Source of the DNA: Candidatus Heimdallarchaeota archaeon
GTDB lineage: Archaea > Asgardarchaeota > Heimdallarchaeia > JABLTI01
Assembly (NCBI GenBank): GCA_018238155.1
Contig: JABCTZ010000022.1
Location: forward strand, 32,001 to 96,000
Direction of reading: 5' to 3'
DNA: 64,000 nucleotides
The notes beneath the pieces were generated by a model, which did not search any database, was not told where the DNA came from, and saw nothing but the letters and a program-made list of their open reading frames with translations. The position numbers were made by a program, and so were the translations under genes. Shown here piece by piece: positions 19,915-30,820 of the stretch; position 1 is the first letter of the stretch; the number at the start of each line of letters is the position of its first letter.

Positions 19915-21627
19915 TTAGTATGCACGCTCCTTAAGCTCGAAGAGACCTAGTGTTACAGGCTTTGTCTTCATTACTAGATTCTCTTTGTCTCGAGAGACCA
20001 GAGAATGTACAAGATACTTTTCATCATTTCTTTTAGGAAAATCTGTTCGATAGTGTGCCCCTCTGCTTTCTTCTCGCCAAAGAGCACTAAAAGCTGTTAC
20101 CTCTGCTATATCGATCATATTTCGTAATTCAAGCAATCGTATTAAGCCAAAGTTGAATACTCTATCATCTGTATCAAATTGCACGGATTTGAATTCTTTT
20201 TGTAATTTTTGGAGAGTGGTAACTGCATATTGCAATTTACTCACCTCTCTATACACGCCCACATTTTTATCCAATGTTTCTTTCATAACCAATCGAATCT
20301 CAACTGGTTTATTTCCGGTATTCTCTTTCCATTGCTTGAACAGGTTTTCTACCATATCCAAGGTTTGTTCTTCAGCTTTTAAGACAACTTCAGAAGATAA
20401 TTTCTTTTTCTTACCTCCTTTCAAAATAACTCTGGAAACGTATCGCCCAAAAACAACTGTTTCCAAAAGGGAGTTTCCTCCCAATCTATTTGCTCCATGT
20501 ACTGAAATACAGGAAGTTTCACCAATTGAATATAACCCATTCATTGGAGTTTCACCAAAATCTCCTTTGTATTTAGAAGCTATACCACCCATTGAATAGT
20601 GTTGAGCGGGTTGAACAGGAATTGGTTTTTCAATGGGGTCAACACCGGCAAAAAACATCGATATTTCTCTAATACCTGGCAACCGTTCCATGATTTTCTC
20701 TTTTCCAAGGCGAGTAAGATCAAGATGAACATAACCATCTTCAAATGCTCTACCTTCTATTATTTCAGTTTCAATTGCTCGTGAAACAATATCTCTTGGT
20801 GCTAATTCCATTGCTTTAGCAGCAACTTTACTCATGAAGCGTTCTCCATCCTTATTGAAGAGCAAACCACCTTCACCTCGGGCACCTTCAGTCATTAGAA
20901 TATTTGTTCCTAAGAGTGTTGTTGGATGAAATTGAACAAACTCACAATCTTGCATTGGAATTCCTGCACGAAAAGCAGCACCTAACCCATCACCAGTATT
21001 TATAATTGCATTTGTTGATCGTTTGTAAATGCGACCAAAACCACCAGTAGCTAAAACAACAATCTCGGATCTAAAAATAACCAATTCACCAGTAGCCATA
21101 TTCATTGTAATTATACCGGCAATTTGATTATCGACTTTAATAAGATCAATCAAAAAAAACTCATCGTAAAATTTTACTTCCTTACGAACACATTGTTCGT
21201 ATAAAGTATGTAATAAAACATGACCTGTTCGATCTCCTGCATAACAAGTCCTTGGAAAACCCGCCCCACCAAATGGACGCTGTGCAATAAGTCCGGAATC
21301 TAATCTAGAAAACGGTGCACCCATACTTTCAAGCTCGATGACAATTTTCGGAGCTTCTTCTGCGAGAAACATTGCAGCATCTTGGTCAGCTAAGTAGTCC
21401 GAACCGTAAACAGTATCATAAGCATGACGTTTTGGCTCATCATCTTTACCTGTAGGAGTATTAGCTAATGCAGCATTTATCCCCCCTTGAGCCGCTCCAG
21501 AATGACTTCTTAGTGGATGAACCTTGCTGATAACAGCTGCATTCCACTTGCCTGCTAGCTCAAAGGCAACTCTCAAACCGCTAAGACCACCTCCAACGAT
21601 TACAACATCAAATTCTTGTACATTCAA
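19915..21627 (-). CDS. sdhA: Succinate dehydrogenase/fumarate reductase flavoprotein
   Basis: [16 protein letters not shown] (covalent FAD His), [28 protein letters not shown]. Confidence 0.96.
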   Translation of the reverse strand: MNVQEFDVVIVGGGLSGLRVAFELAGKWNAAVISKVHPLRSHSGAAQGGINAALANTPTGKDDEPKRHAYDTVYGSDYLADQDAAMFLAEEAPKIVIELESMGAPFSRLDSGLIAQRPFGGAGFPRTCYAGDRTGHVLLHTLYEQCVRKEVKFYDEFFLIDLIKVDNQIAGIITMNMATGELVIFRSEIVVLATGGFGRIYKRSTNAIINTGDGLGAAFRAGIPMQDCEFVQFHPTTLLGTNILMTEGARGEGGLLFNKDGERFMSKVAAKAMELAPRDIVSRAIETEIIEGRAFEDGYVHLDLTRLGKEKIMERLPGIREISMFFAGVDPIEKPIPVQPAQHYSMGGIASKYKGDFGETPMNGLYSIGETSCISVHGANRLGGNSLLETVVFGRYVSRVILKGGKKKKLSSEVVLKAEEQTLDMVENLFKQWKENTGNKPVEIRLVMKETLDKNVGVYREVSKLQYAVTTLQKLQKEFKSVQFDTDDRVFNFGLIRLLELRNMIDIAEVTAFSALWREESRGAHYRTDFPKRNDEKYLVHSLVSRDKENLVMKTKPVTLGLFELKERAY

Positions 21628-21760
21628 GTATTTAACCTTCCTTCAAAACTTCAGACCTAGTAAAATATTGTCAAACATAGATATAGGTTTACTCTCTCAA
21701 AAAGTAAAGTGTACTAATAACTATGAGTAATTTATTATTTAATTACTGTTCATCTCGAGT

Positions 21761-22015
21761 GTGATTAAATTGTCCAAAGAAATTATTTTTATTTCAGCGC
21801 CATTATGTGCAAAATGCATTCGAATAAAACGTTGGCTAAAAGAAGTCAAAGAAAATCACCCAGAAATTGAAATCACCAAACTCAATATTGCTTTCAAAGC
21901 TAAGGAAGTGAAAAAATATAACATTAAAACTATTCCAACAGTCATTGTTGGTAAAACAATGCTTGGTGGTTGGATTAAAGAAGAAGAATTTAAAGCTGCC
22001 TTAGAAAAAATGTGA
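21761..22015 (+). CDS. Thioredoxin/glutaredoxin-like protein
   Basis: CAKC motif and TIPTV cis-Pro loop. Confidence 0.8.
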   Translation: MIKLSKEIIFISAPLCAKCIRIKRWLKEVKENHPEIEITKLNIAFKAKEVKKYNIKTIPTVIVGKTMLGGWIKEEEFKAALEKM

Positions 22016-22038
22016 ATAAAAATAAAGAAGAGAAAGTA

Positions 22039-23004
22039 TCAGTATCTATCAGCAGATCCTAAAACTTCTTTGTTTTTATAGATTAATAATTTTTTAAGCT
22101 CTTCTCTTGCTGGTCCGAGATATTTTCTGGGGTCAAATACTCCTGGTGTTTCAGCGAGAACTTTTCTTATCATTGCAGTAATCACTAAGCGACCATCTGA
22201 GTCAATGTTTATTTTACAAACATTCTTTGCAGCAGCTTTTCGTAATTGTTCTTCTGGAACGCCTACTGCACCTGCTAAATCACCTCCAAATTGGTTTACC
22301 ATTTCTACATATTCTTGTGGTACAGATGAGCTGCCATGTAGAACAATTGGGAATCCTGGTAGTCTCTTCTGAATTTCATCGAGAATATCAAATCTAAGAG
22401 GAGGAATTGGTTTTCCAGGTTTGAATTTGAAGGCACCATGTGATGTACCAATAGAAATTGCCAAACTATCACAACCAGTTCGATTAACGAAGTCTTCAAC
22501 TTCCTCTGGTTTCGTATAGTGAGACACTTCAGATGAAACATGTTCTTCTATACCCGCAAGAACACCTAATTCAGCTTCAACAGTAACATCGAATTTCTTG
22601 GCATATTCAACAACTTGTTTAGTAATCTTGATGTTCTCTTCAAATGGATGGTGAGAACCGTCGTACATTACTGATGAGAAGCCCATATCAATACAAGATT
22701 TTGCTATCTCAAAGGAATCTCCGTGATCTAAATGAAGCGCCATTGGAATTTTTCCCCCGAGTTCTTTCATATATTCAACAGCACCTTCAGCCATAAACCT
22801 CAGGAGAGTTTGATTTGCATATTTTCTTGCTCCTTTTGAGACTTGTAGGATCACTGGTGAACGAGATTCAACACACGCCATAACAATTGCTTGTAATTGT
22901 TCCATATTATTGAAATTATAGGCTGGAATAGCATAGCTGTTTTCCATTGCATGCTTAAACATTTCTCGGGTATTAACAAAACCCAATTCTTTGTAATTGA
23001 CCAT
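22039..23004 (-). CDS. fba: Class II fructose-1,6-bisphosphate aldolase (bacterial type)
   Basis: LHLDHG, MYDGS, EAELG, GTSHGAFK, VLHGSS, KINIDSD, DPRKYL. Confidence 0.95.
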   Translation of the reverse strand: MVNYKELGFVNTREMFKHAMENSYAIPAYNFNNMEQLQAIVMACVESRSPVILQVSKGARKYANQTLLRFMAEGAVEYMKELGGKIPMALHLDHGDSFEIAKSCIDMGFSSVMYDGSHHPFEENIKITKQVVEYAKKFDVTVEAELGVLAGIEEHVSSEVSHYTKPEEVEDFVNRTGCDSLAISIGTSHGAFKFKPGKPIPPLRFDILDEIQKRLPGFPIVLHGSSSVPQEYVEMVNQFGGDLAGAVGVPEEQLRKAAAKNVCKINIDSDGRLVITAMIRKVLAETPGVFDPRKYLGPAREELKKLLIYKNKEVLGSADRY

Positions 23005-23020
23005 TTTTTTCCTTCCTATC

Positions 23021-24847
23021 TTAATCTACTGTGAGTGTTTTAGAAAGGTTTCTAGGATAATCAGGATTTATCCCTCTTTCAATTGACATATATAACGCAA
23101 GTAGCTGTAGTGGTATAACAGCTAAGATTGGAGATATTAATTGTGAAGATTTAGGTATCTCGAAGTAATCTTCTTCTTGAACATATTTATCTAATCCATC
23201 TATATGTTCAGCAATAACAATTGGTCTTCCTTCACGACATTCCACTTCGGAAATATGTGAAATAACATAGTACTTGTCATTGGGTGCAACAACATAAATT
23301 ACAGGATAACCATCACTTACAATACTTAAAGGACCATGTTTAAATTCAGATGAATACATTGCTTCTGCAGCAATATAATTTATTTCTCTAATTTTCAGTG
23401 CTCCTTCTAAAGCAACACCATGTGTAACACCATAGCCAAGGAGAGACATAGCATTTATTTTACTGAGCTCCTTAGCAATTTTCTTTGCGCGTTCATCACT
23501 GTTTTTCACTGTCACCTCAACCAATTTAGAGAGATTATGGATTTCATCCTTAAGTGATTCAAAATCCTTATCAGATAATTTCCCTTTGGCATGTCCAACT
23601 CTTGCTGCAAGTATCAGAAAGAGTAATACTTGATTTGTATAGGTTTTTGTTGCAGGAACACTTCGTTCAATTCCGGCACCAATATAAGCATAAGCTTCTG
23701 ACATTCTTTCTACAGTTGAACCTGGAACGTTAACCATTCCAAGAATGTGATATCCTTTTGGTTTAGCAAAATTAATAGTATTAATGATGTCCTTAGTTTC
23801 CCCACTTTGGGAGACGCAAAGCATTGCAGTTGTATCTCCTGGGTCATAGTCTTTGTATTCTTCAAAGAACCGTCCCCCAATTACAGGGATAGCTAAAACA
23901 CCTGCTACGTTATTCAAATAATAAGAACCAACATTGCAAGCATTCAAACTTGACCCACAACCAATTAGAAAGACTTTATCAGCTTTAGCTAACTTCTCTA
24001 CTAAACTATCCAAAACATCACTTTCTAAACCATAAGCAAGTTTCTCTGTTGCATCTACTTGTTCATATATTTCTTTTGTAAGAAAATAGTCGAAATCTCC
24101 TTTGACAGCATCCTCTGCAGATAAGTCAGAAATTCTTGATTCTCTTGTTATTTCTGAGCCGTCTTTTACACTAAAAATTCTGTAAGAATCTGCTGTTAGC
24201 TCAACGATTTCGCCATCATTCAAAGGTACGAATTTCTTAGTTAGAGGTAATATTGAAGGTAAATCTGAGGCAATATATGTTTCCTCTTCACCCAAACCAA
24301 TAACTAATGAAGAACCCATTTTCACTGCGTATAATTTCTCAGGACTGTCTTTATGATAAGTAACAAAAGCGAATGCACCCTCCATTTCAGCTATTCCCCC
24401 AATAATTGCTTTTATCATGTCTTGTTCTTTATCATAATGTTTCTCTATGGCATGAACACAAATTTCCCCATCATTCTGGCTAATGATATTGTGTCCTTCT
24501 TTTTCGAGATTTTCTTTGGTTTCATAATAGCTAATGATATTCCCGTTGTGAGCTCCGATCATATCTCCATCGCAATCAAAGTGTGGTTGAGCATTTATTT
24601 TGCTTGGCTTGCCAAAAGTTGACCAACGCAATTGACCGATACCAATATTTCCTTTCATTTCTGCTAGCTTTAATGATTCAATCACATAATCGATTGTTCC
24701 AACATCTTTTCTGAGATCGATCACTCCATCCTTATAAACTGCTAAACCGGCGCTATCATACCCACGATAGGCTAATCGTTTACCAATAATCAAAAGCTTC
24801 TTTGCAACATCACTTTTTTTTGCTATTATACCAAAAATACCACACAC
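23021..24847 (-). CDS. glmS: Glutamine--fructose-6-phosphate aminotransferase
   Basis: MCGIFG, YRGYDSAG, HNGNI, SQSGET, PRNLSKTLTVD. Confidence 0.95.
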   Translation of the reverse strand: MCGIFGIIAKKSDVAKKLLIIGKRLAYRGYDSAGLAVYKDGVIDLRKDVGTIDYVIESLKLAEMKGNIGIGQLRWSTFGKPSKINAQPHFDCDGDMIGAHNGNIISYYETKENLEKEGHNIISQNDGEICVHAIEKHYDKEQDMIKAIIGGIAEMEGAFAFVTYHKDSPEKLYAVKMGSSLVIGLGEEETYIASDLPSILPLTKKFVPLNDGEIVELTADSYRIFSVKDGSEITRESRISDLSAEDAVKGDFDYFLTKEIYEQVDATEKLAYGLESDVLDSLVEKLAKADKVFLIGCGSSLNACNVGSYYLNNVAGVLAIPVIGGRFFEEYKDYDPGDTTAMLCVSQSGETKDIINTINFAKPKGYHILGMVNVPGSTVERMSEAYAYIGAGIERSVPATKTYTNQVLLFLILAARVGHAKGKLSDKDFESLKDEIHNLSKLVEVTVKNSDERAKKIAKELSKINAMSLLGYGVTHGVALEGALKIREINYIAAEAMYSSEFKHGPLSIVSDGYPVIYVVAPNDKYYVISHISEVECREGRPIVIAEHIDGLDKYVQEEDYFEIPKSSQLISPILAVIPLQLLALYMSIERGINPDYPRNLSKTLTVD

Positions 24848-25057
24848 TTTCTATATACCATCCTTAAATTGAGCCAAAAGTACAGATAATTCAACATCTA
24901 ACTGTAAATTCAAGTTTGGGAAAAATCTACCTAAATTTAATTTTTAGCTTAGTTTTGTAATCTCGTGCAAATAAACACCTCAATATTTGCTTACGGATTT
25001 AAAATTGTGGTTGTATTCTTCTTTAGTGCTTTTGTTTTTTTTCTTTTTGTTTTATTT

Positions 25058-25132
25058 TTATTCTAATCCTGTTCGTTTCTTCTTGTTGATTGTCTTTGCT
25101 TTCTTGTAGTTCTTGTGGTAATTTTTGCCCAT
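25058..25132 (-). CDS. Unannotated 24-aa Lys-rich peptide MGKNYHKNYKKAKTINKKKRTGLE
   Basis: Hand-translated ATG..TAA. C/G-ending codons (TAC, CAC, AAC, AAG, ATC) stand out in an AT-rich intergenic region. Confidence 0.5.
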   Translation of the reverse strand: MGKNYHKNYKKAKTINKKKRTGLE

Positions 25133-25372
25133 AAGTTTCTTGATTCTTAGACCGATAATGAGTGCTAATTATTGAAAGTTCATTCTACCAATGTTAGTAC
25201 TTACTTAGGTTAAGAGTCTTGGAGAATGCTTAACATTGTGTCAATGGTCACCTTAATAGAATTATTTCTTTCCACAATCTTCTTTCCTCGTATCTACCAA
25301 CAACTCAACCACACTTTCGAAGAATTTAGTTTAAAAAGAGTTAAAAAAAAGGAATATTATTTGTACACTCTT

Positions 25373-26059
25373 TTAAACTTCATCAACAAAAGCACCAAAT
25401 CCTCCACCATATGTTCCTTGGAGGATGAACGCTAAAATGAGTAAAAGAAGGCCGTTTACAATTAAAATTGAAAAAATACCTCCTCTAAATATTAGAGACT
25501 TCATTTTATAGTATTTGTCTTCAGAGTCCTCCTCATCATCCAATTCATACACATATTCATCAATTTCATCAGCTTCACTAATGTCTTCTTCAAATTCAAC
25601 TTCATCGTCGTCTTCATCTTCTTCATATTGGTATTCATCATCATCTAAATACTCATGTTTAGTTGATCGATCTTTTTTCTGTTGCTTGTCCTTGATGATT
25701 TCTTTGTATATTTTAGACTTCGTATTTTCTCTTCTAACCATTTTATAAACGAAGAAATTTCGATAAGCCATATCACCAAGTACAGCAAAACCAAAAAACA
25801 CCATACCAACAAGACCAATAACTGCTACTGGATTGACATTTTCAGGGAAGCCAACATAATAATCTATGAGAATAATCGTTCCGGCAATAAGAAAGGATGG
25901 AATGGTCATTAACAGAATTAGAGCCCACTTTGGTAATTTAATTTCAGGTAATTTGAATTTTCTGTTTTCTTGTTCAAAATCATTTTCAACAAGAATATCA
26001 TCATCATTTTCAATTGCAGTTTCCTCTATAATTTCGTTTTCCGCAGACACTAAAATCAC
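25373..26059 (-). CDS. Hypothetical membrane protein with a highly acidic loop
   Basis: Three hydrophobic helices and an Asp/Glu-rich tract. Confidence 0.65.
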   Translation of the reverse strand: MILVSAENEIIEETAIENDDDILVENDFEQENRKFKLPEIKLPKWALILLMTIPSFLIAGTIILIDYYVGFPENVNPVAVIGLVGMVFFGFAVLGDMAYRNFFVYKMVRRENTKSKIYKEIIKDKQQKKDRSTKHEYLDDDEYQYEEDEDDDEVEFEEDISEADEIDEYVYELDDEEDSEDKYYKMKSLIFRGGIFSILIVNGLLLLILAFILQGTYGGGFGAFVDEV

Positions 26060-26253
26060 CTGTTAATAGGATTAATAATAATAATTTATTCTAAAAGGAT
26101 TGTCAATAGTTTGTATAATACTATTTCACAATTGTTAGAGCTACAATCGCATTTATGACACAAAAAGAATATTTATGAAGTGGTATCATTTTACCATAAT
26201 ACGAACTTAAACTCAGACCAATTATTATAGTTAAATTTGTCGGTGCATACTTA

Positions 26254-27264
26254 ATGTTTACTATCGGATTTGTAGGAATTGATAATGCCGGAAAAACAAC
26301 TATTATTGATATTTTTTCCAAGCAAAAATTATCACAAACTATTCCTACAGTTGGAGTAAATCTTGAACAAATCGGTTTTTCTGAAATAGATTTTGAAGTA
26401 AATATTTTGGATATGGGCGGTCAAAAGCACTTTAGGTTATTATGGGTTGATTATCTCAATACTGTTGATGCAATTATCTACGTTATAGATTCTGGCGATC
26501 ACGAACGTTTAGATGAAACTTTAAACGAATTCAGAAAAATGCTTGTTTTAACTGAAGTTAATGCTGTTCCAATTTTGGTTTTACTTAATAAAACGGATTT
26601 ACCCGATTCTATGAATGCTATGGATATTGGTGATAAATTATCTGTTTTCCCAGAATTAGCGAATAGAAATTGGAACATCATCGAAACAAGTGCAGTCACA
26701 ACAAAAGGGCTCATTGAGATGTTTAAGTGGACCTACTCAAAGGTCACTACAAAAACAATTGAATTTGATGTTGAATACAGAGAAAGTGATGACAAAAAAT
26801 ACTATACTCCTTGCCCTCTTTTGCTGAAACTCAATGATGGTAATTATTGTATAAATCATGACGAGTTCACTCAAATAAAATTAGTCCCGTTAGACTCACT
26901 CTTTAATTCAGAAATACTTGAAACAGAGGACATAATTAAAGATACCAAAGAAGAATTTAAGAAAACAGGGGATAAAGTTTGTTTCAATAGTATTTTTGTT
27001 TCTGATGCAGACGAAATAATCCACTGTGCAACAGACAATTCAGATATTGAAGTCGAAAGTGTCAATGCAAGTAAAGAAGAATATATTGATTCTTATAATA
27101 TGATGCATTTAACTGGTGGAGTGATTTGTTCAGAATGTTTGTATAAAATACTCTTCTCAGTGCTTAAACGTAAAATAAAAGCAGGAATTGAACTGCACAA
27201 TGATGAAATAGAAAGTGTTAAGGAAGCCGAACAAAGACGCTCTACAGATTTAAGTAAATGTTAG
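26254..27264 (+). CDS. Arf/Sar-family small GTPase with Cys-rich C-terminal extension
   Basis: GIDNAGKTT, TIPTVG, DMGGQ..FR.LW..Y, NKTD, TSA; C-terminal CP...YC...C...HC...CSEC. Confidence 0.9.
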   Translation: MFTIGFVGIDNAGKTTIIDIFSKQKLSQTIPTVGVNLEQIGFSEIDFEVNILDMGGQKHFRLLWVDYLNTVDAIIYVIDSGDHERLDETLNEFRKMLVLTEVNAVPILVLLNKTDLPDSMNAMDIGDKLSVFPELANRNWNIIETSAVTTKGLIEMFKWTYSKVTTKTIEFDVEYRESDDKKYYTPCPLLLKLNDGNYCINHDEFTQIKLVPLDSLFNSEILETEDIIKDTKEEFKKTGDKVCFNSIFVSDADEIIHCATDNSDIEVESVNASKEEYIDSYNMMHLTGGVICSECLYKILFSVLKRKIKAGIELHNDEIESVKEAEQRRSTDLSKC

Positions 27265-27270
27265 TAGTAA

Positions 27271-27462
27271 TTATTGTTTGTATTTTATAATTACAGTATC
27301 ATATACCTCTTTGCAGTCTTTGTTGATATTTCTCTGGTTAAATAATTCAGATATCTCTCTAGCTACTTGGATTGCAATAACGATATATTTTCCATCAATT
27401 GTATTAGCTATCTCATTTGAAATTTCAAAAACTATTTGATATTATTTTATTAAAGCAGACAT
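27271..27462 (-). pseudogene. Possible small ORF broken by an in-frame TAA at codon 7
   Basis: GGTGA upstream, MSALIK*YQIVFEISNEIANT...KYKQ*; 56 open codons follow the internal stop. Confidence 0.3.
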
Positions 27463-27686
27463 GGTTTCACCACTCATTTCTGATTCATTGACAGAGGAGT
27501 CCCCTTTGTAAGCATAGATTTCTTGTTTTAAACAGAATCACTACTAGGCATATTTCTAATGGATTTGAAGTGAGTGTTATTTTTAGTTTTTTGGGATAAA
27601 ATTTTAAGGAGAATATACTAGTTTGTTCTCAATTACAAATTAAACCTTTGTAGAAATAAAAGAAAAAAATTGTTGAGGAACGCAAG

Positions 27687-29027
27687 TTGAATGGTAAAGA
27701 AATAATCCAAAAAGTTCGCCAAAAAATGAAAGATCATCATGATTTATTCGCTCGAGCTATCCCTTTGATTGCTTCTGAAAATATTACTAGTAAAGAAGTA
27801 AGAGAAGCAACATTATCTGATTTCAGTCATAGATATGCAGAAGGATGGCCTGGAGAGCGTGTTTATGCCGGATGTCAGCATCTAGATGAAGTAGAGTTTA
27901 TTTGTATGGATTTAGCCAAAGAAGTATTTGGTGCAAAATTCGCAGATGTTCGACCAATATCTGGAGTAGTAGCTAATTTAGTTCTTTATTCTGCATTCAC
28001 TAACCCAGGAGATATTAGTATGTCTATCAGCATTCCTTGTGGTGGTCATATATCAACGGGACCTTTACACACAAGTAAGGGTGCATATATGGGTGGAACT
28101 GCAGGAGCAGTTCGAGGATTAAATGTTAAATACATCCCATTCGATAGACGCGGATTAGTTATTGACGTAGAAAAAGCAGAAGAAGCAATAAAAGAATTGA
28201 AACCAAAATTACTCCATTTTGGAGCTTCAGTATTCCTATTTCCACATCCTGTTAAAGAACTCGCTCCAGTTGCTAAGGATTTAGGTGCAAAAGTTACTTA
28301 TGATGCTGCACATGTTTCAGGTTTAATTGCATGTGGGCATTTCCAAGATCCTTTAGCTGAAGGCGCAGAAGCTATGGCTTTTTCAACCCACAAAACAATG
28401 TTTGGACCACAACATGGTTGTGTAGTCTCATCAAGTGATGATGAAGAAACTACTAATAAAATTAAGAGAGCTACCTTCCCAGGTATGACCAGCAATCATC
28501 ATTTACACAATGTTGCAGGATTAGCAATTGCCCTTGCTGAAATCAAAGAATTTGGCAAAGAATATGGTGGGCAAGTTATTAAGAATTCACAAGCATTAGC
28601 AAAATACCTTGAAGCAGAAGGATTCTTCGTTTGCGCAAAAGATAAAGGCTATACTAAATCACATACCTTATTAGTCGATGTCAGTCCATTACAAGAAAAA
28701 TCAGGATTAGGAAAAGACATCGAAGAAGACCTTGAGAAAGCAGATATTATTCTCAATAGAAATTTACTACCATGGGACATGTATGAAGGAAGAAATTACC
28801 TAAACCCAGGTGGAATTAGAATGGGCACTTCTGAAATTACAAGACTAGGTATGAAAGAATCTGAAATGAAAGAAATTGCAAACTTTATGCGTAGAGTAGT
28901 CATTGATCGTGAAGAGCCTACAAAAGTTGCTAAAGATGTCAATACTTTCAGAAGCGCTTTCCAAAAACTTCACTATTGCTTCAGCTCCAATGAAGATGCT
29001 TACAAATTCATAGAGATAGTAAAATAA
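27687..29027 (+). CDS. glyA: Serine hydroxymethyltransferase (archaeal type)
   Basis: LIASEN, RYAEG, YDAAHVSGL, STHKT (PLP Lys), SNHH, GIRMGT. Confidence 0.96.
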   Translation: MNGKEIIQKVRQKMKDHHDLFARAIPLIASENITSKEVREATLSDFSHRYAEGWPGERVYAGCQHLDEVEFICMDLAKEVFGAKFADVRPISGVVANLVLYSAFTNPGDISMSISIPCGGHISTGPLHTSKGAYMGGTAGAVRGLNVKYIPFDRRGLVIDVEKAEEAIKELKPKLLHFGASVFLFPHPVKELAPVAKDLGAKVTYDAAHVSGLIACGHFQDPLAEGAEAMAFSTHKTMFGPQHGCVVSSSDDEETTNKIKRATFPGMTSNHHLHNVAGLAIALAEIKEFGKEYGGQVIKNSQALAKYLEAEGFFVCAKDKGYTKSHTLLVDVSPLQEKSGLGKDIEEDLEKADIILNRNLLPWDMYEGRNYLNPGGIRMGTSEITRLGMKESEMKEIANFMRRVVIDREEPTKVAKDVNTFRSAFQKLHYCFSSNEDAYKFIEIVK

Positions 29028-29089
29028 CAAAATTATGCTCTATATTAGAGCTAAAAACAGCTGGAAAAGACTATAATAAACAATAGTGC

Positions 29090-29110
29090 TTTTCTTTTAT
29101 TTTTCTTTTT
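29090..29110 (+). terminator. Oligo-T tract downstream of glyA
   Basis: ttttcttttatttttcttttt, about 60 nt after the stop; archaeal U-rich terminator pattern. Confidence 0.45.
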
Positions 29111-29125
29111 GTAAATTCAAATTAT

Positions 29126-29686
29126 TCAAGGATGTAAGTAGCCAGTTTTTCTCCTCACTTCTTTACCATCTTTATTGATATATGAATAATCAATTCTTAA
29201 ATAATATTTCTTTATATTGTATTTTTCCAACTTGCAATTCTCAAGTGTGTATGTTACTTTATCTTTTGGTGCAAGCTCAAATACTTTTGTGCCTTTAATA
29301 GATTTGATTTCATCAAAATAATTGTAACTCCATCCTACAGTTTTTAATACGTAAAATTCGATTTTATGTAAAGTAACAATTGTATCAAAATCACCCATAT
29401 TACGAACAATAAATTGTAAATTAATTATAAAATCAAATGAATAAGAGAAATATCTACGTTTTTGAGGTTTAAATGCTATTTTGATAAATTGTATTTTTGC
29501 ATCCTTTGGTATTTTTGATTCTATTTCCTTTATCCTTAATTCTTCCATTTTCTCGTCATAACGTTTTTTTCTTACAACTTCAAAAATTTTGAATATAGCT
29601 AGTATTATTCCAAAACCTAGAGAAACAATTGTTAAAATTTCCCAACCACTATCTATTGACCAATCAACTGCCATAATAAATCCCAA
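29126..29686 (-). CDS. Hypothetical protein with N-terminal TM anchor
   Basis: WEILTIVSLGFGIILAIF followed by a basic beta-rich domain. Confidence 0.6.
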   Translation of the reverse strand: MGFIMAVDWSIDSGWEILTIVSLGFGIILAIFKIFEVVRKKRYDEKMEELRIKEIESKIPKDAKIQFIKIAFKPQKRRYFSYSFDFIINLQFIVRNMGDFDTIVTLHKIEFYVLKTVGWSYNYFDEIKSIKGTKVFELAPKDKVTYTLENCKLEKYNIKKYYLRIDYSYINKDGKEVRRKTGYLHP

Positions 29687-29732
29687 TTGAAATTTAACAA
29701 TGAATTATATGAATCTTTTCAATGAAGGAACA

Positions 29733-30047
29733 TCAAGCAAAATACAAAATTACTGTAACAACAATTGAAATTATTGCTAAACCTAAAGCTACAAAGGAAA
29801 TTTTATTAGCTCTACTAGCTTTTCTATTTGCTTCCTTGTTTTCTGCTAAACTATCTTGGTCATAGCGTAACTTAATTCTCACATCTGGGTTATTAACAGT
29901 AATCATTACTAACTCGAGTAATCCACCACTTTCATATTCATATTTTTCAATAACTTTACGGCTAGTAAGACCGATTATAGCTGAAGTTGCATGTTTAAGC
30001 TTTCGTTTGATTCCTTTGAGAAAAGAATAAAAACTTTTTATCTTCAT
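29733..30047 (-). CDS. Small hypothetical protein with C-terminal TM helix
   Basis: ANRKASRANKISFVALGLAIISIVVTVILYFA; ATGA-coupled to the upstream ORF. Confidence 0.6.
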   Translation of the reverse strand: MKIKSFYSFLKGIKRKLKHATSAIIGLTSRKVIEKYEYESGGLLELVMITVNNPDVRIKLRYDQDSLAENKEANRKASRANKISFVALGLAIISIVVTVILYFA

Positions 30048-30223
30048 TTAACTCTACCCCTAATCGCTTGTAGAATCGTTCTACCAGTTCTTTGTGCTGA
30101 CATTTTTTTGAACCCGTTTTTCCTTTGTTGTATTTTGCCTTTCAAGACAGCAAAATTGTGCATAATTGACACAATCGGTTTGTCTAGTTGAAAAGTAAAA
30201 TTATCTAATATTCTTTTTTTCAT
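30044..30223 (-). CDS. Unannotated 59-aa basic protein (MKKRILDNF...AIRGRVK)
   Basis: ATGA overlaps with both neighbours (30220 stop and 30047 start); GGAG upstream. Confidence 0.6.
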   Translation of the reverse strand: MKKRILDNFTFQLDKPIVSIMHNFAVLKGKIQQRKNGFKKMSAQRTGRTILQAIRGRVK

Positions 30224-30564
30224 AATTCTCCCTCGATAACCATAAACAAAGTATCAACTACTTCGCTAATATCCTTACAAGCATACACTCTGTCATAACT
30301 GCTCATATCCACAAATTCATCGTGGAGAATTTTGTAATGAATTACTTCGGTAGTAAAATCATCATCAATATATGCGGTAAATCCTTCACTCTGCATTGAT
30401 CCAGCGAATGAATGGTCATATAATTCGTAATGGAATTTTACTTGTCCATTGCGAATGCTTATTTTTGCTGTATCATTGAATCGGAATTCTTCCTCAAGAC
30501 TTTGTTTAATAAAAAGCAAATTGCTTTCTTTTCTAAATCTTCTACGTTTTAATATCTGTAACAT
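30220..30564 (-). CDS. Hypothetical protein
   Basis: 114-aa ORF with a purine-rich RBS-like leader, within the coupled operon. Confidence 0.55.
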   Translation of the reverse strand: MLQILKRRRFRKESNLLFIKQSLEEEFRFNDTAKISIRNGQVKFHYELYDHSFAGSMQSEGFTAYIDDDFTTEVIHYKILHDEFVDMSSYDRVYACKDISEVVDTLFMVIEGEL

Positions 30565-30820
30565 TTTTTTCCCCTACCCTTTTCTTTTTTATCCATGTCC
30601 TTGACTAACATCAGCATCAATTTTATAATCACTGAAATCTGTCTTTTTCTTTTTATTTCGCCCCTTCTTTAACGGATTTTCTCCATAGGAAGAAAAATCA
30701 AAAATTATTTCTTTTTTACATCAATTTCTGTCATTTCTATTTAACCCACCCCAGATTTTTCCATCATCCCCAAAGATGTTCTCAATCTTTTACCACCTTT
30801 TTTTATGAAGTTATTATGGT

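Noticed and set aside
24848-25057. Possible glmS ribozyme upstream of glmS
   Set aside because: No recognisable ribozyme core or GC-rich helices; the region is AT-rich.
26236-26250. AATTTGTCGGTG shared upstream of the Arf gene and the large integrase
   Set aside because: Contains the GGTG ribosome-binding core; most likely convergent RBS context.
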